Origin: Halocafeteria seosinensis | Taxonomy: Eukaryota | Direction: 5' to 3' | DNA length: 64,000 nucleotides | Assembly (NCBI GenBank): GCA_001687465.1 | Contig: LVLI01000278.1 | Location: 124,001-188,000 of the forward strand | The notes under the pieces: model-generated | Seen by the model: the letters and a program-made list of their open reading frames with translations, nothing else | What the model was told of the DNA's origin: nothing | Databases searched by the model: none | Shown: positions 13,184 to 26,921 of the stretch, one piece after another | Layout of the letters: the number at the start of each line of letters is the position of its first letter | How positions within the stretch are numbered: position 1 is the stretch's first letter | Translations under genes and position numbers: made by a program

Positions 13184-14562
13184 AATGGAACAGGCCCTGT
13201 ATAGCCTCAGCAGAGGCTGAGACGGGAAGTTTGGGGAATGTCTACACAGCCAAAGTGGCACCAATTTGCTCTGCTTGACCATACACTTGACTGTTCTAAT
13301 AGAGCTCAAAAAGGCAATAGGATCAACACTGTATGATGCTATCTTATCATCATCAATAGCTAAATACGGCGATTGTATGGCCGAATACCACCTCAATGTG
13401 AATGTGAAGCAGATTTTCCAAGCATCTCGATGTAAATAGCAGACTAGAACTTCTACACAAAGGCCTAGACCCGTCTCTCCGTTCATACACTGCATAATCA
13501 CTGTATGATTCACCTACACTCTATGTCCTAGAGGCTCTAATTTACTCTGGAGCCTAATAGGCTCTCGCTTTGCGACAATGCCACGCTGGCTCAGCTCGGC
13601 GAGCGACAGTACAGGCTTATAATACTCCTAAGGGGATCTTGCTCTTGCTATCAGGCCAGGTGATAGGCTATGTAGTACCGTATGAACCCTAGGAATGTAC
13701 TAAATAAACGCTTTGGCGGTGAGTTGCGGAGTGAAGACACGATTCCTTTTTGAGTTGACTGACTTACCATGCACAGTATTTGTAAAACCAAAGGTATGAT
13801 CAGTATGCTCCCGTATCCCTACACAATATAACCGGTGAGAGTTAACCTCAGATTCGTTATACAGCACGCTTGGACAGCCCGTATCTTTTGGAATGGCCTG
13901 CGACTGGTCCGTGTTTCTGTCGCAAGGTCGAGTTTCACTCTCATGCGGCACAAAACGCCACTGTTCTACCTAGAGGCAGTGGCAGGATGAACTTGGTGTA
14001 GCCTACTGAGATAATTGGCACATGGGAGAGGAAATGTGGCTTTGAAAGAGCCATGGAAAGCGCTCGATTCCTCGATTCCTCGACTCCTCGGCGAGTATTC
14101 AAATGTGAACCTGGCGAGTCTGGAGGTCGCCCCTAATAGAAGAATCGGAGAAAAAGGGATTGTAGTTGAGCCTGTTTTCACGCGCTCTCTTGGCAAAAAT
14201 TGTGTTTTCCACATAAAAATTGTTTTTACCATCTGAAGAAAGCCAAAATACGGAGGGTAAACTATATTGATTGGTTTTGGTAAGTGAAATGGTATGGTAG
14301 ATAGTACAAGAGGAATCCTCGCCTCGATTCCTTTTGTTTGTGAGCCGTTTTGCTGGAAACGAAAGGAGAAATTCACGGCCAATTTAGCATGGCATTTGTT
14401 CAGAGCCATGACTTTGAAATTAGGGAGAGGGTGGGATTATTGTGTTGTATGTGTTGAAGGATATCGCGTGGGTGTTTGTATGCGCTTGCCGTGGATTTCA
14501 TCGCTCCTTACGGGAATTCCTTTTGTTTATAACGCACCAGGGAAGAGGAATTCTAAAAAAAA

Positions 14563-16391
14563 ATGAGAGCCAAGAAGTGTAAGAAAGCCACAACCAAAGG
14601 GAGTAAGAAGATGAAAAGTAGGATTGGCCATCGGAACATTTTCCCCGTTAAGATGATGACGCTGTTGAAAGTACGTGCCATTGGGCAACTGCACATGAAG
14701 CGCTGGAATCAGCAAAAATGTTCTTCAACTATTCCTTGCAGACAAGAAAATATGAGCACATTTTTGACCTGTTCGATCCATCGAGAGAAGGAAATTTCGG
14801 AAATAAGTGCGTTTCGCAAGGTATTCTCCGGTAGTATATCAATCATGTATATCGTGCTTCTCCAGGGAGCAATGGAATACTGAGTATCGAAATTTCGGCA
14901 TTCTGGCCAAAGACTGTCCCCGTGGAGGAATAGTATTCCACAGACCGAAGGATTTCCTTGATGAGTTATGGTGTGATGGGATGGACTTAAACGAGTATGT
15001 GTGGCGAAGAAATCTTCGAAATTGTTGAACGTCCGCCTATTGCAATTGTGTTCCCTTACAGAGCGGAGCGAGAAAACGCCTTTCTTAGTCTCGTTCGACA
15101 ACTTAACTTGTGAGTAATAATTTATGCCTCATTCTGTACTACAGCGAAAAACGGTAACACTTATATCTTTGTTGCAGGTATAAGTGAGTCGTACCGGGGT
15201 ACAGATGTCAGTGGTTCAATCGAACTCCTTCCGTATCTCCGCAGGTTTGTGTACTGTTCACGAAAAGGAACGGCTCCTCGTAAAAGATGCTTCCTGAGTA
15301 CCAACGAATCAGTTTACTATGCACATCCGTACTTTTTACCCATTCTTACCGAGGAGGAATTGACAAGAGTGGTAAGTGCGTCACCAGATCCCGCACCTGG
15401 GGGATAGTTCAATTCTATCTTTCCTCATATACAGATGATTTCGAAGAAGCACGACAGCAGCGTTAGCATCTCTTCCTCGGATTTGTCTGATATCGACTAC
15501 AAGATTGAGCAAGTCGTCTCGTTCCAGAATCAACGTCCGATGAAAGCCGCCGCATCTAAACCCAACGCCAAATCGCGGAAGTTAGCTCACAAGACTTCCT
15601 CATCAGACGGAGCAGAGATGATCAGTAGTAGTCACCTCACATTGACTCAAGCTGATGTCAGCGAAAACATTAGTAGTTCGCCTCTTGGTGACACTTGTCT
15701 GAAACAATCAACACCATCCCAGCATGGTCCTGAGGAAGTGGTAGACAGGATCGAGCCGAATCGCGTAGAATCGCTGGACAAAGAAAATGCTTGCACCCCT
15801 TGTAACGTTGGAAATGCGAACAAAGTAACTGCAATGCCTTCGATAAAGCGAGAACGAAATGCAATTCCTCGAACGGTTTATCATCGGAAACCGAAAGTTC
15901 CCATGTCGGACTTCGGGGGAAACTTGGAGCAACCGAAGTCTCCATTCTCTGAGTTGGATGTTAATCAGTCGATTGTTCCCTCCCTAGGCATCAATGAAAG
16001 TATCGGATCATCGTTCTTGGAAAAGGAAACATCCATGAATCAGTTCGTGCCAGACAGTAATGATTATGCTCAGATGCTTCTCTCTCCCAGCACATCCGTA
16101 GTTCGCAGACAGCTACACAAGTCGCCGAATCAAACGACGACGAGTTCCAACAATGACGAGTACAGAAACAGGATGTTCTCTCCAGGATCTGAATTCTTAG
16201 AAAATTATTCATTTCATGATGATCCGTTGAAGGGGTTCTTTGGGGTGCTGCAAAGCCCTTCGACCACTCAGCAGCGTGCGGATGCCAACTACAGGGAGCA
16301 AATTTTTGACTCGCCTATGTTGCCAGGTGATTTAACTTCTCCAACGCTAAATCGCTTCCGACAACTACACGGGCTTAGTCCCTCTCTATGA
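14563..16391 (+). CDS. HSF-type DNA-binding transcription factor, 7 exons including a 6-nt microexon
   Basis: Hand splice (introns 14671-14741, 14807-14865, 14995-15061, 15110-15177, 15184-15244, 15372-15434) gives IFPVKMMTLL...GIVFHRPKDFLDEL...FLSLVRQLNLYKF...YYAHPYFLP, the HSF DBD pattern, followed by an S/P-rich tail. Confidence 0.7.
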
Positions 16392-16465
16392 AGGGATTTG
16401 ATAAACAGTGCGATCGATTAGGTATACGACATAGAGATCTGAATTAGAATGTACAATTAATGAGT

Positions 16466-19400
16466 CTATGTATTGGCAGCCATCTGTTGTTCGTCTTTAG
16501 CCATCTCGAATCCCTCGCGGTATTCTTCGAGCTGCTTTCTTCGCAAATGCCCCAAATACTCCTCAATCTTCGATCCAATCACTTTGAAAATTTCAACGCA
16601 GAGCTGCTTCGCACTATCTCTCAGCTCTCCATTTGCATGTGCATGGGCTTTATACTTAACTGAAAAATCGATTAGCTGCTCCGGTCCAATGCCGTGGTTT
16701 AACAAGTTGTGATCAGCTACTAGCATTGACAATACCATTAACCTAGTATGCATTGCTCGCCAGCCTTGCTCCTGCTTCTTTGACAGTTTTTTCATACAAA
16801 AGTTCGCCACAAACGCGGGGCCTATGTTTTCGCGCGAAGCAAGCTCTAGCAACGCATCCACTGCTGTGTCTCTTTTCTTTCCCTGGTTGTCTCCCAACAT
16901 TTCAACTAGTGCTGAGCACACTGGTTCCAGCTTGGACAGAAGCTCACTCTTTCGCAGCTGCAAGCATTCAACAGGGGTTATCAAGAGAAACAAAATCTGC
17001 CCGACTAAATCAACCTACATGTGGGGCGCATGTATCCAGAACAACGGGAATTAATTGAATACTGGAGACAAACACCTGAGCTATTCGGTCGCGACTGTTC
17101 AGATGAGGAGGGAGTGGGCCAACCATTAAATAAGATGTATAAAGAAGCGGCCTAGTTCAAGACACTCACTTCGTTATCCGAGTTATTACATTGCAAACAG
17201 CTTCGAATATTTGGGACTTGGAGTTGGTGTAGTTGGGAATTTCCAACTGAATCTTCTGGATTGCAACTTCTCGGAGATTCCAACTCTGCACGATTGGACA
17301 GTCCGTGTTGGAACCTTCTGACACCGGGAAAGTAGAATCTAGGCAACAACTTACTTTGCTTAAGAGACATCGGACGACGTATTCACCAAATACCTCGATA
17401 AGCGGTGTCGCGTCCGCGTGCTCGTTCGAGGGTATCGGTTCGGGGGCTGGGAGTTCATCGACACCTTCTACACCAGCCAATTCGGAGGGGTCAGCTTTCT
17501 CTCCTTCGGCAGCAGGAACTGCTGCTCCACCCCCTTTGCTAGAAGCGCCAGCTTTCGACGCTTCCGACTCAGCCGGCTGGTCTTGAGCTACCTCGAAGGC
17601 TTTTTCATTCCCTGGATGTATCTGCCGAGAGCCAGGTCTTTCCAGCGGGATCTCTCCCTGGGCGGCTTTAGCATAGAAGTCGCTATTGGCGGGACCTCGA
17701 AGCGGTTTGTCCAGATGAGGATCTCCAGTGGGTTGCTCGGCAGCGGGTTGATGCGGAGAGACGCCACCCTCTTCCTCATAGTCATACATAGGTTCTTGAG
17801 AATACCCAGAAGGAGCCGGGTACGACTTAGCGGGGCCATGATCACCTTCCTGGTACTCACCACTCTGCCTAGGAGGAGATCCGCTGTGAGAAATTGAGGC
17901 GTGTGATCCGTTGCCTCCTTGCGCATACGGGTTCTTGGACGGGGATTGGGGAGCTCCCCAGCTGGCGTTGTGTGAGTCTCCGTACTGTTGCGGCATCATG
18001 TTGGATTGAGGGGCTGCGGAAAAGCTCTGATTAGGATGAGGGGGCTCCGCGTAAGTTGGTTGCTGTGGTGGGGCGTATGCTTGCTGAGGGGGATAGCCAT
18101 AAGCCTGATGCTGAGGCTGTTGTCCATACGGGGCACCCCCATAATGGGGCTCCGTCGGCTGCTGGAAACGAGCAAAGTTGCCATGTTCAATCGCGTCTAT
18201 CTGCGCTTGTATCTGGCCCCGCATTCGATCAATACTCTGTTTCAAACGGGCGGCTTCATCATAGTCCTCCTCCTCTACAGCTTGACTCTGCGAAGCGAAT
18301 GTGGAGGTGACAGGAACCAGCACGAAGAATCGTACTAGCAGCACCTACTTTAGCTGACATCAATTCTGATAGCTCTCCTCCAACTTGTTTTAAGTGGTCT
18401 TCAACGGTCTTATACTGTTTCGCGAGCACATAATCTTCTTCTTCTACGGCTGCTAGCTTTCGTTCATGAACCTGCCTCAATATGGACGCGGTAGAAGGAT
18501 CCATCTTCATATCTACTGCGAGATCCTCGACATTAGACGAAGACTTCTTCGGTTTATGTTGCTTTGATGAGCGACTTTGTGTAGCGGTCGAAGGTTGGGA
18601 CACAGATCCTTCCGGCAAGGGTCTACCTAGTGTGTTTAACGCGATTAACCCAACCTGAAACACAAACGCTTTACAATAATCAATCACTGAGGCAAGACCG
18701 CAAGTAGTCCTTACCTGATTATACAAATTGTGGGGATTTGAATGGCACTGGTGGATGAGAAGTTTGAGAAAGCTGCCCTTTGCCTGAATGTATACGCTCT
18801 TCAGCTCTCGCGCCTGTTAAATATCAACACCAATACTTCCCATTGTATGTATCGCCCATTGCTTAACTTACACAGGAGTCTCCTTACCTTATAGTTGCTT
18901 CGTTCATTGCTATCTAAGGACAAATACCTGAGTTCGCCGTGACATTGATAGATTTTCATACGGGAGATACTAACACTGCGCTGTACGTACCCTAATCGTT
19001 TGAATTTTGCATTGTAATAATCCGGACCATGCCCAATATATAATTCTATTTTTGTAGCAATCTTGCTTTGATGAGACAGTAGCTGTACTTGAGTTAGCTC
19101 CACGTTACCATCCACGAACCGGATTCCAATTTCTTGGGGATACTCGCAAAACCTGCAGACAAAGATAAAGAGAAGGATTTTATTTTCCTTAAGCGACTTT
19201 GCAAACGCAAACAAGAACCAATCGTAGAGCCCGTAGAGCCATGGAGGCTCTTGCATGCATTTGAAGAAAAAATCCCTGACCGCCGACTATACGTACTTTG
19301 GAGAAAGCCACCCCCGCGTTTCTGGGCTGTGATAATTCAGTTCACTCGCTGGAAAGTCTGGATCTTCTGCTGAGGCGAATGCCACCTCAAATTTCAGCTT

Positions 19401-19478
19401 TTTCGGCTGTTGTTGATGCTCTCCAGGAGCTGCCGAATCAGCTCCAGCCTGCATTCGTGAAATATTGTTGTCTGCCAT
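16466..19478 (-). CDS. CEP104: Centrosomal protein 104 (FAP256), multi-exon
   Basis: SAEDPDFPASEL..RGWLSPKFCEYPQEI, QLLSHQSKIATKIELY, LGYLSLDSNERSNYKARELK, NLYNQVGLIALN jelly-roll domain; AVEEEDY coiled-coil repeats; TOG/HEAT C-terminus. An upstream ATG at 19565 is an alternative start. Confidence 0.92.
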
Positions 19479-20699
19479 TCCTCCACTCTGATTCCCCGGT
19501 GACCCCTTTCCTTTGCGTCCAACGCCTCCGCCGACTGCTGTACTTCCTCCTCGAGCTTTCTGCATACCGAAAAACTGTATGGAGGAGGTGTATATGGGCC
19601 CAACGTCCTCTTTGTTCGACAGAGATCCAGAACGCTGTACAGCTCCAGAAAACTTCAGATATTACCCTTTTCTCTCAACTTTATACCATATATATTATAT
19701 TATTACTGAAGATAAAACATGAATCTGTCCAATCGTGTGATTGGCATCAACATTGGAGCTCGCCAAAGTTGTCAAATCGGCCTTCAAAGTACGTGGCTTT
19801 TCCCAGGACTCGCAACTGGTCTTTGAAATGCTATCCCTAACGGCCATCCGGGCTTCCGGCCCGGAGGCCGAGGAACTCCAGTGGTTCGATTGCCTGATTC
19901 CCCAGTACTATGTATGTTATGCAACGTGCGTCATACTGATCCAGTCCAGTGCAAAAGAGAAGGCACAGTTTTGCTCTGGGCTTGGATCGCATGAATGTAC
20001 CATGCACAGGTACTTGTAACACGTTGTTGTAGTTGTACGTACAGACGAACTTCAGGAACTTCACTTTTATCTGTTTGCGCATGTACATTGTCGATGTATT
20101 CTATTGGGGTATTTTAGTCAGCTCCCCACTTTAAAGTTGAACCTACTACATGCGCCTTCCGAACAAAATCTGGGCAGCCTAAGCAGGACGTGTCTGATGA
20201 AACCTGTCAGCACCATACTGTATCCGTCCTCTGACGGAGGGCATGAACAATCACGAAGTCTGTAAAGCAGTGCACATACAATGTTACACGTTTTCAACTC
20301 CTCTTCTTGTGCATCTTTGTCGAAGCAAGAAGAATCTCCCTCCGGGAGATCTGTCCACTGTACCGCACACGGTCAACAGTGCGCAGTCAAACAAGGGGTT
20401 ACTAGACGTTTATGACTCCAGAAATCATATCTGTTGTTGGTGCATAAAAGAATCCCTACCTTTGTTGGCGTAGGTATACTATCCGTAGCGTCGTTAGGTG
20501 CGTTGCTTGCTGCTTCATCCGTTGCGCTTCAGTGCCTCATCAAAGTACTCATCGTTGTCAAGGACTGAAGCCTTCCGACTGGATCTATCATTTGAACGAC
20601 GGGAATAGCGAGAAAGGCGGCGGTATAATGGCGAACATATATCCGTGGTGAGGGCTTATCTATATACAATAAGATGATTTTCAATCTGTCAGAAGGCCG

Positions 20700-21948
20700 T
20701 CAACATTCCGTGTGGTCTTCCATGGGAACATCCATGGAAGCATGCTGGCTGGTAGATGCATGATGTCGAGTGCCTCTGCCTCCCCACCTGCCACGGCCAC
20801 CGCGCCTTCCAAAAGAAATGCTATCAGGAATCTGGATGTTTGCAATACCACTTGCAAGTTCTTTTTCGGCCATGTCAATATCGCCAGCCTCATCTCTCGG
20901 GGAGTTATCTATATGTTGGAATTTGCATTTATCTCCATATCTGCATCCAGTGGGGGTCTTGTAAAATCGACACATTTGTTTTCGTGGATTATTAGTGCTT
21001 CGCTTCTTCGCTCTGCAAATTGTGAAGACGATAACGTCTGGCTTCCTCCGGGCTGTCAGCGTGTACGCAAACTCACTTCTTCTTATGCATTCTAAACCCC
21101 TTAGGGTAGCCATGGACGGCAGATAGATGTTGACTCCTCGAATCATCATTCCAAAAGTATCTATCGCACCCCTCTACAATACAAGCGTACTGCATCGACG
21201 AACAAATATTAACCACGTATACGGTTACCGCGAGGCAGAAACATACCATCGGTTGCTTGGCACTCAAGGCCTCAAAGTAAGAATCATGCCGTTCTCTGAA
21301 ACACACATTACATATGAAGTCACTGTCAATTCTGCATCGACCCCAGATAAAACTGTGCTTACCCGATATGTATATCGAGCAGTCGATTAGAAGCAAAACT
21401 GGCCCGACATTGACGACAAGTATGCATATGTGCTCTGCGCAAAATGCCCATACCGCATTAGTTCCAAGCATCCATGTACGACAATGCATACTAGAAGATC
21501 TTACACTATGTAGTGATGTTCATACTCTGCTAGAGATTGACATATGTGTCGGCAGCCTGAAAAATTACATGGAATTTCCTTCGTGTAGCCTTGGTTCTGT
21601 TGCANTGCCTCACTGTAGNTGTCCGNGTGAACAGCATGTCTGTCGAGNAGAAAATCAGNATCANAATCAGGGAATTGATAGCTTGAAACGGAGCATACAC
21701 AGCACGATAATTGGTAAAAGAGAGCTTACTTACTTGGCTTGAGCTCGAGGACCATACGCTACTTGTTCAATCTCGCGTTGCACATCGACGTCATGGAAAT
21801 ACGGATCCTGGTTGCTGTATCGAAATTTGAAAGGTCTCCGCATGTGGTCAAACGCTAATTCTAAAAAAGAATACCCTTGAGGTAGGAAATGAGCTAAATA
21901 GTTCGAATCGGGAGCACTGTTCGTGAGGTCCACATCTTTATCCTCCAT
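20700..21948 (-). CDS. ZNF511-like C2H2 zinc-finger protein with an additional CCCH finger and RGG tail
   Basis: Spliced: DPYFHDVDV..PCNFSGC..EYEHHY..HTCRQCRASFASNRLLDIHISERHDSYF..MYACIVEGCDRYF..RSQHLSAVHGYPKGFR; then CRFYKTPTGCRYGDKCKFQH and IPDSISFGRRGGRGRWGGRG. N bases at 21605-21664 obscure one junction. Confidence 0.75.
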
Positions 21949-22283
21949 ATTTCTCCTGCCCCGACCACGATGCTTCTCTCCTCCCACCTTCTAGCGCTAG
22001 CCTCTTCAATGTACCTACGACGAATCCCAGTGAAAAGGTAAAAAAGTCTACAATGAAGCCAATACACCACTGTATACGGGCACCTGGAATGCAACTTCAA
22101 CTTCACAAGTTTTCAATCTCGTGGTATACACGATCCATGCTCCATTACCCTACCAATTTCCAGTATCAAAGGTACATTGAATAGCTTTGTTGTGCAAGCG
22201 GCACAGATGTGATAAGGGGGCTCTCTATGGCGTGTGGCAGCGTCGTACAAGGAAAGCGTTGATCAGCATCACAAGCCGAAACA

Positions 22284-24475
22284 ATGTATTCTTGTGCTAT
22301 ATACACGAGGTTGACGCCATCATGGTGGGGGAGGGCGACATTTTTGTCGGTCCCCCGTGCGTTTGCCCAATCAACTCGAGGGGCGAAAGTTCACCCATCT
22401 TGGAGCAGGAGAGGGATGTCAGCAGCGACACAAGATAGTAATCCATTGGAAGACATATTAACTTCCAAGGTAAGTTCCACAATGTTGGATGGCAAAAAAC
22501 TGCAAACTTATGGCTCTCTCGCAGATTCTTACCAAAGGACCCATTTCCATGGCCGAATTTATGAAATACGTACGTGGACAGGACGTATGAATGGTTCAAT
22601 GTTGTCTAGACACAAATGTTGCCTGCAGTGTTTGACACATCCTCAGTATGGTTACTACATGAATAATGAAGCGATTTTCGGTAGATCAGGAGACTTTATT
22701 ACATCACCCGAAATCTCTCCTTTGTTTGGAGAAATGATAGGACTCTGGTGCATTATGCTGTGGGAGAAAATAAAGACCCAGTCCAACCATGGAACACTAA
22801 ACTTAGTTGAGATAGGACCAGGTCAGGGCAAACTTGCTCAAGTGAGTGTGAAACTACGATAAGGATTCAATCGCGTCTCTCTTCCTTTGAGTATCTGGGT
22901 TTCGTAATTTTCAGGATTTGCTCAGGATCTCCAGGCTGTTTAGTCAATTCAACAACGCTATACAAATGTGGTTTGTGGATGTTTCACCTACGCTCCAAAG
23001 TCAACAGAAAGAAATGCTGAACTGCCGTTTCGACGAAGAGAACGACACCTGGAGGACAGAGACGGGAGTTCCAGTCAAGTGGGCTGAATCGCTGAAAGAC
23101 GTAGACTCTCAGGAGCCACATATAATCCTTGCTCACGAACTCTTCGACGCCCTACCTACTCATCAGTTTGAGCTGACTCAAGACGGCTGGAGAGAAAGGC
23201 TTGTAAATGTGTCCAGCAATTCTGATACCAGCGGAGCGTTTGAAACCGTGTTAAGCCCTACGGTGACCACCCTTGGCAATGCACTCTTTTCACCGAAAAC
23301 GAGGCAGGCAGATCAACCGGATACCGACAAGAGCAACGCGGCTGAATCCGAACTCTTAGAAGAATTGCAAGCCGTCAGTGGACGAGAAGGGGAGCAATTT
23401 CCTAGCTATGTCAAAGTTGTCAGTTCGGATGAACCTGTAGATGTCAACACGCAAAGTGAAGATAACGGAGTGGATAAGAATAGCGCTGGTATGGTTGCTC
23501 TCCAGACCAGTACAATAATAACATTAACATATCTAGTATATTGATGTTCTGCTCCAGAAACAAGCGAGTTGGTTATGACGGACCACGATGACGTTCATGA
23601 AAGCGTAAAGTACGTAGCCCAAATGTTGAAGAGCGTCACGGGAGAGGACATTAACCATGGTACGTCAATATCAGTATACTAGTCCCAGTATGCTGCATAC
23701 GTCAACAAATGTCCTTCAGATGAAAACAAGATCACGTACAATTCGTTAAGGAAACTCTCTGCGTCTAACAAGGCTAAGCTAGAATCGTGCTCTGTTGGCG
23801 ACGTAATCGAATTCTCGCCCGCATCTGTCGGCTTAATGTACGAGATCGCATCCCGAATAGGACTATTCGGAGGAGGTACGCAATTGTATCCCTAGTGTTG
23901 CGCCTTAATTGGTCGCCAATGGCTTGTCTGCTCGTCCCTGTCAGCTTCACTGATCATTGACTATGGTCATGATCACGGTTTCCATGATAGCATCCGTGGA
24001 ATCCAACACCATCGGTACACAGAGTCGATATACCAGAACGCTGGAAAAGTTGACTTAGTAAGTGCTCGTTTACCTCCTTCCTTTCCGATCTCTTGGGTTT
24101 ATGACAACGACCCCCTTATTCTGCTTCATGCAGTCCGCTGACGTCGACTTTTCGACTCTGAAGCACGCTTCTGATCAAACCGGGATCACCCGATGCTACG
24201 GTCCAGTTACTCAAAATAAATTCCTCCAGGTGCTCGGCATAGTCAATAGGGTTGAGCAAATCGCGCAGAACCTAGATGAAAGTACGTCCCATGATCAATG
24301 TGCGAGGATCTTTGTCAATTACGAAGTCACTATTTCTTCAGGTGATGAAGAGAATAGAGAAGCCTTGCAAAGGCAGGTTGAGAGACTTCTCCATCCTGAT
24401 GAAATGGGGTCGATATACAAGTTTTTCTGCGTGACGCCCGAATCAATGGATGAACCGCCTGTGGGGCTCGAATAG
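22284..24475 (+). CDS. NDUFAF7: Mitochondrial protein arginine methyltransferase NDUFAF7/MidA, multi-exon
   Basis: GPISMAEFMKYCLTHPQYGYY, GDFITSPEISPLFGEMIGLW, LVEIGPGQG, AHELFDALPTHQF, LIIDYG, DLSADVDF, RLLHPDEMGSIYK. The Arg-rich N-terminus resembles a transit peptide. Confidence 0.93.
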
Positions 24476-24520
24476 ATTTGTTGTAACGGGTAGTCTCAGT
24501 ATCGTCTGTAGCTGATGCAT

Positions 24521-25251
24521 TCAAGTATCATCATCTCCGGTACACGCCTTTTTCGTACCACTGTGACAGCTGGCTGACCGGTTCCGACGTCCCATGCGTT
24601 GCAGAACAAGCGCGATTTCTGTCTCTTCTTGAGACGACTCTTCTTCTTCGCCGTCGTAGCAGTCATTGTTTGAATTCCGACGTTTAAAATGTCTGTACCG
24701 ACCTTCTGCTTCTTCCAGAGTTGAAGAATGCTCTGCTGTGCTTGCTGCGGTCAGGCGAAACTTGTAGTCAGTGTAATCACCCTGCAAAACTTGCTTGAAT
24801 TTCAACACGAGCTGTTCTTTAGGAGGTATGCGAATCGGATAGCATCCTAAGTTTCTTTGGGTGGGACGCAACTTCTCATCTTCCATCTTGGTTTGGTGAA
24901 AATACGACTGCTGTTGCTGCGAAGCAAGATCCAGAAATAATCCGCAAAAACACACACGGCTACTTGAGAAGTACTTACCACACCTGCACTTTGACGGTTG
25001 CATACTTCCGAATACCCCTGTGGGGAGCCGTAATCATCGTGCCAGTGTATATGCGCAGCCTCTGGTGTATAAGGAGCATTGGATTGGATGGAGGAATACG
25101 GAGTTTGGCTCGAAGCCCTCCCTCGACCGAATACAACTCCGTCTTCCAAATGCCGAAAGCATGCACTACTTTCCACTCGAGGTTCAAACGCATCTATCAG
25201 AGTCCTATTTCCTCGAGATGAAATGTTGCTCCCCCGAATCCCTGCTGACAT
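24521..25251 (-). CDS. Hypothetical protein, probably 2 exons
   Basis: ORF from ATG 25251 reaches a GTAAGT donor (~24978), and a TTCGCAG acceptor (~24919) continues in frame into ORF 24521..25003. No family recognised. Confidence 0.45.
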
Positions 25252-26921
25252 CTTCGTTTAACGCCGCAAGGTCCCTCCGCAAGCGTTAGGACGCCCCGAA
25301 AAAGCCAGTGTACACTATAATACGCAGGGAGTCACAGTGTTCGAGATAAGTTGCGCTCAACAAGTCCAGCTCAAGAGAGCGCTCCAAAGAGACAGGATGA
25401 ATACAAGATAACCCGAGGATTCTGAATGAGACTCAGTTGGCAGCGGGCAAGCTAGTAGTGTATACCACGCCACGGGATATTACGCAGATTCTACTGCACT
25501 TCCTGTGCTTTTGTTCTCCGCGCTACAGAATGGACGTGACCACGATAAACTGTACGATTGTAGTACTAGTAAACGCCCACCCATCGACGGACAATCCACC
25601 GGAAGGTGTGGCTCCTTGGTTTCGTGGTACAGACGAAGAACAACCGTTACCACTCCAACCGGCGTGCTTCAGCTGAACAGCACAATCTGACGGCTGCGCG
25701 TGCTTTGTGCGAAGAGATCTTCCTAGCACCCAGGGTATGCTACGAATCGAAAGAATCCAAAGTTTGGAAATAGCCTGGATCAAGCGGAAACAACACGCCC
25801 GTAAAATAACGTTCGTTGAAAACAAAAATGGGCTTGAACCTCGGAGCAAACGTAACCTGCAGAAAAAGGTGGTTTGCTTGATCTGACTAAGCCGAACGAA
25901 TGCTCATATACGATGTAAAACCCTAGCAGAATCACAACATCCGCATCCCTGTCAAATGAAACAAACAGTATTCAATGTGGTTGAACTGGTAACGGACCGC
26001 GGACGTCGGCCCTTGTGTAACAAGCCGTATGCGGAGTAAACAACTGTGTTGGCCCAACGTCCGTCATAGAAACAGCTTCTTCTCCGCGTTCTCACCTTTC
26101 TGAGTTTCAGAGGAACTTTCCTAGTTCTATACCGATAAAAATGAACGGTAGCTTTCGTTTCAAATGGATAACACATACAGACATATGTTAAGGGTACGGA
26201 CGCACCTACACTTCTCTTAGTGCTCCATCAGAAGATGCCGACATGCTACAGATTTGACTCAAGGGACTCGCTCAATGCCTCCTCTTACGTCAGTGAGACT
26301 TACCGGGTGCCATTGGGACTATATGCAAACAAAATATTGGAGACCACTCCCAGATGGAAACTCGATGTTACCGCCGTTGTATTGATTGCTAGGGAAACTC
26401 ACGCACGGCGCAGGGTGCCACAGCTGTCAGCAGAGTCGAGTAGGTTTTTTTTTTAGGTTTTCTGGGTACGCAGCCCAGCTACAATATACGCTCCCCGCAT
26501 GATGGATACTATTAAGAACCTTAATCTACGGTAAAGGTAGAGGGTGGTGTGGAATAGATTAAATAATCGTTTAGAAGTATTGCTGCGAACGTCTGCCAGA
26601 AGTTCTTTGGTGCACACAACCACACAGCAACTCCGGTGGCATACATACTGTATCACGTATGCTAGAATCGTGCCCTGTCGTTGCCGGGAGAACCATCGTA
26701 TAGTTCTTCGCTGGACGTGTAGTTAATTGTACGCCTGGGAGAGCACTAAAGCCCTCAACCAAGCATCCAATCTCCGCAAAGTAATTGCAACTAGTGATAT
26801 GCCACGCCCTTCTCATGGTATGTACTGAGCGATTTGAAAGCAACAAATCAGCAGTCACAGATGTACGGGAGAGCACCGAAGCCCTCGACTGAATATCCGC
26901 TACCACCAATATTGAACGGAC

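Noticed and set aside
13200..14560. Long divergent intergenic region with small hairpins and a tcgattcct triplet
   Set aside because: No snRNA, SRP or snoRNA signature recognised. The short structures are compatible with chance.
21605..21664. Cluster of N bases within the ZNF511-like gene
   Set aside because: Assembly ambiguity (low coverage or allelic variation), not interpretable as biology.
25400..26900. 1.5-kb region with several short ORFs downstream of actin
   Set aside because: No consistent spliced frame, repeat or RNA motif could be built by eye.
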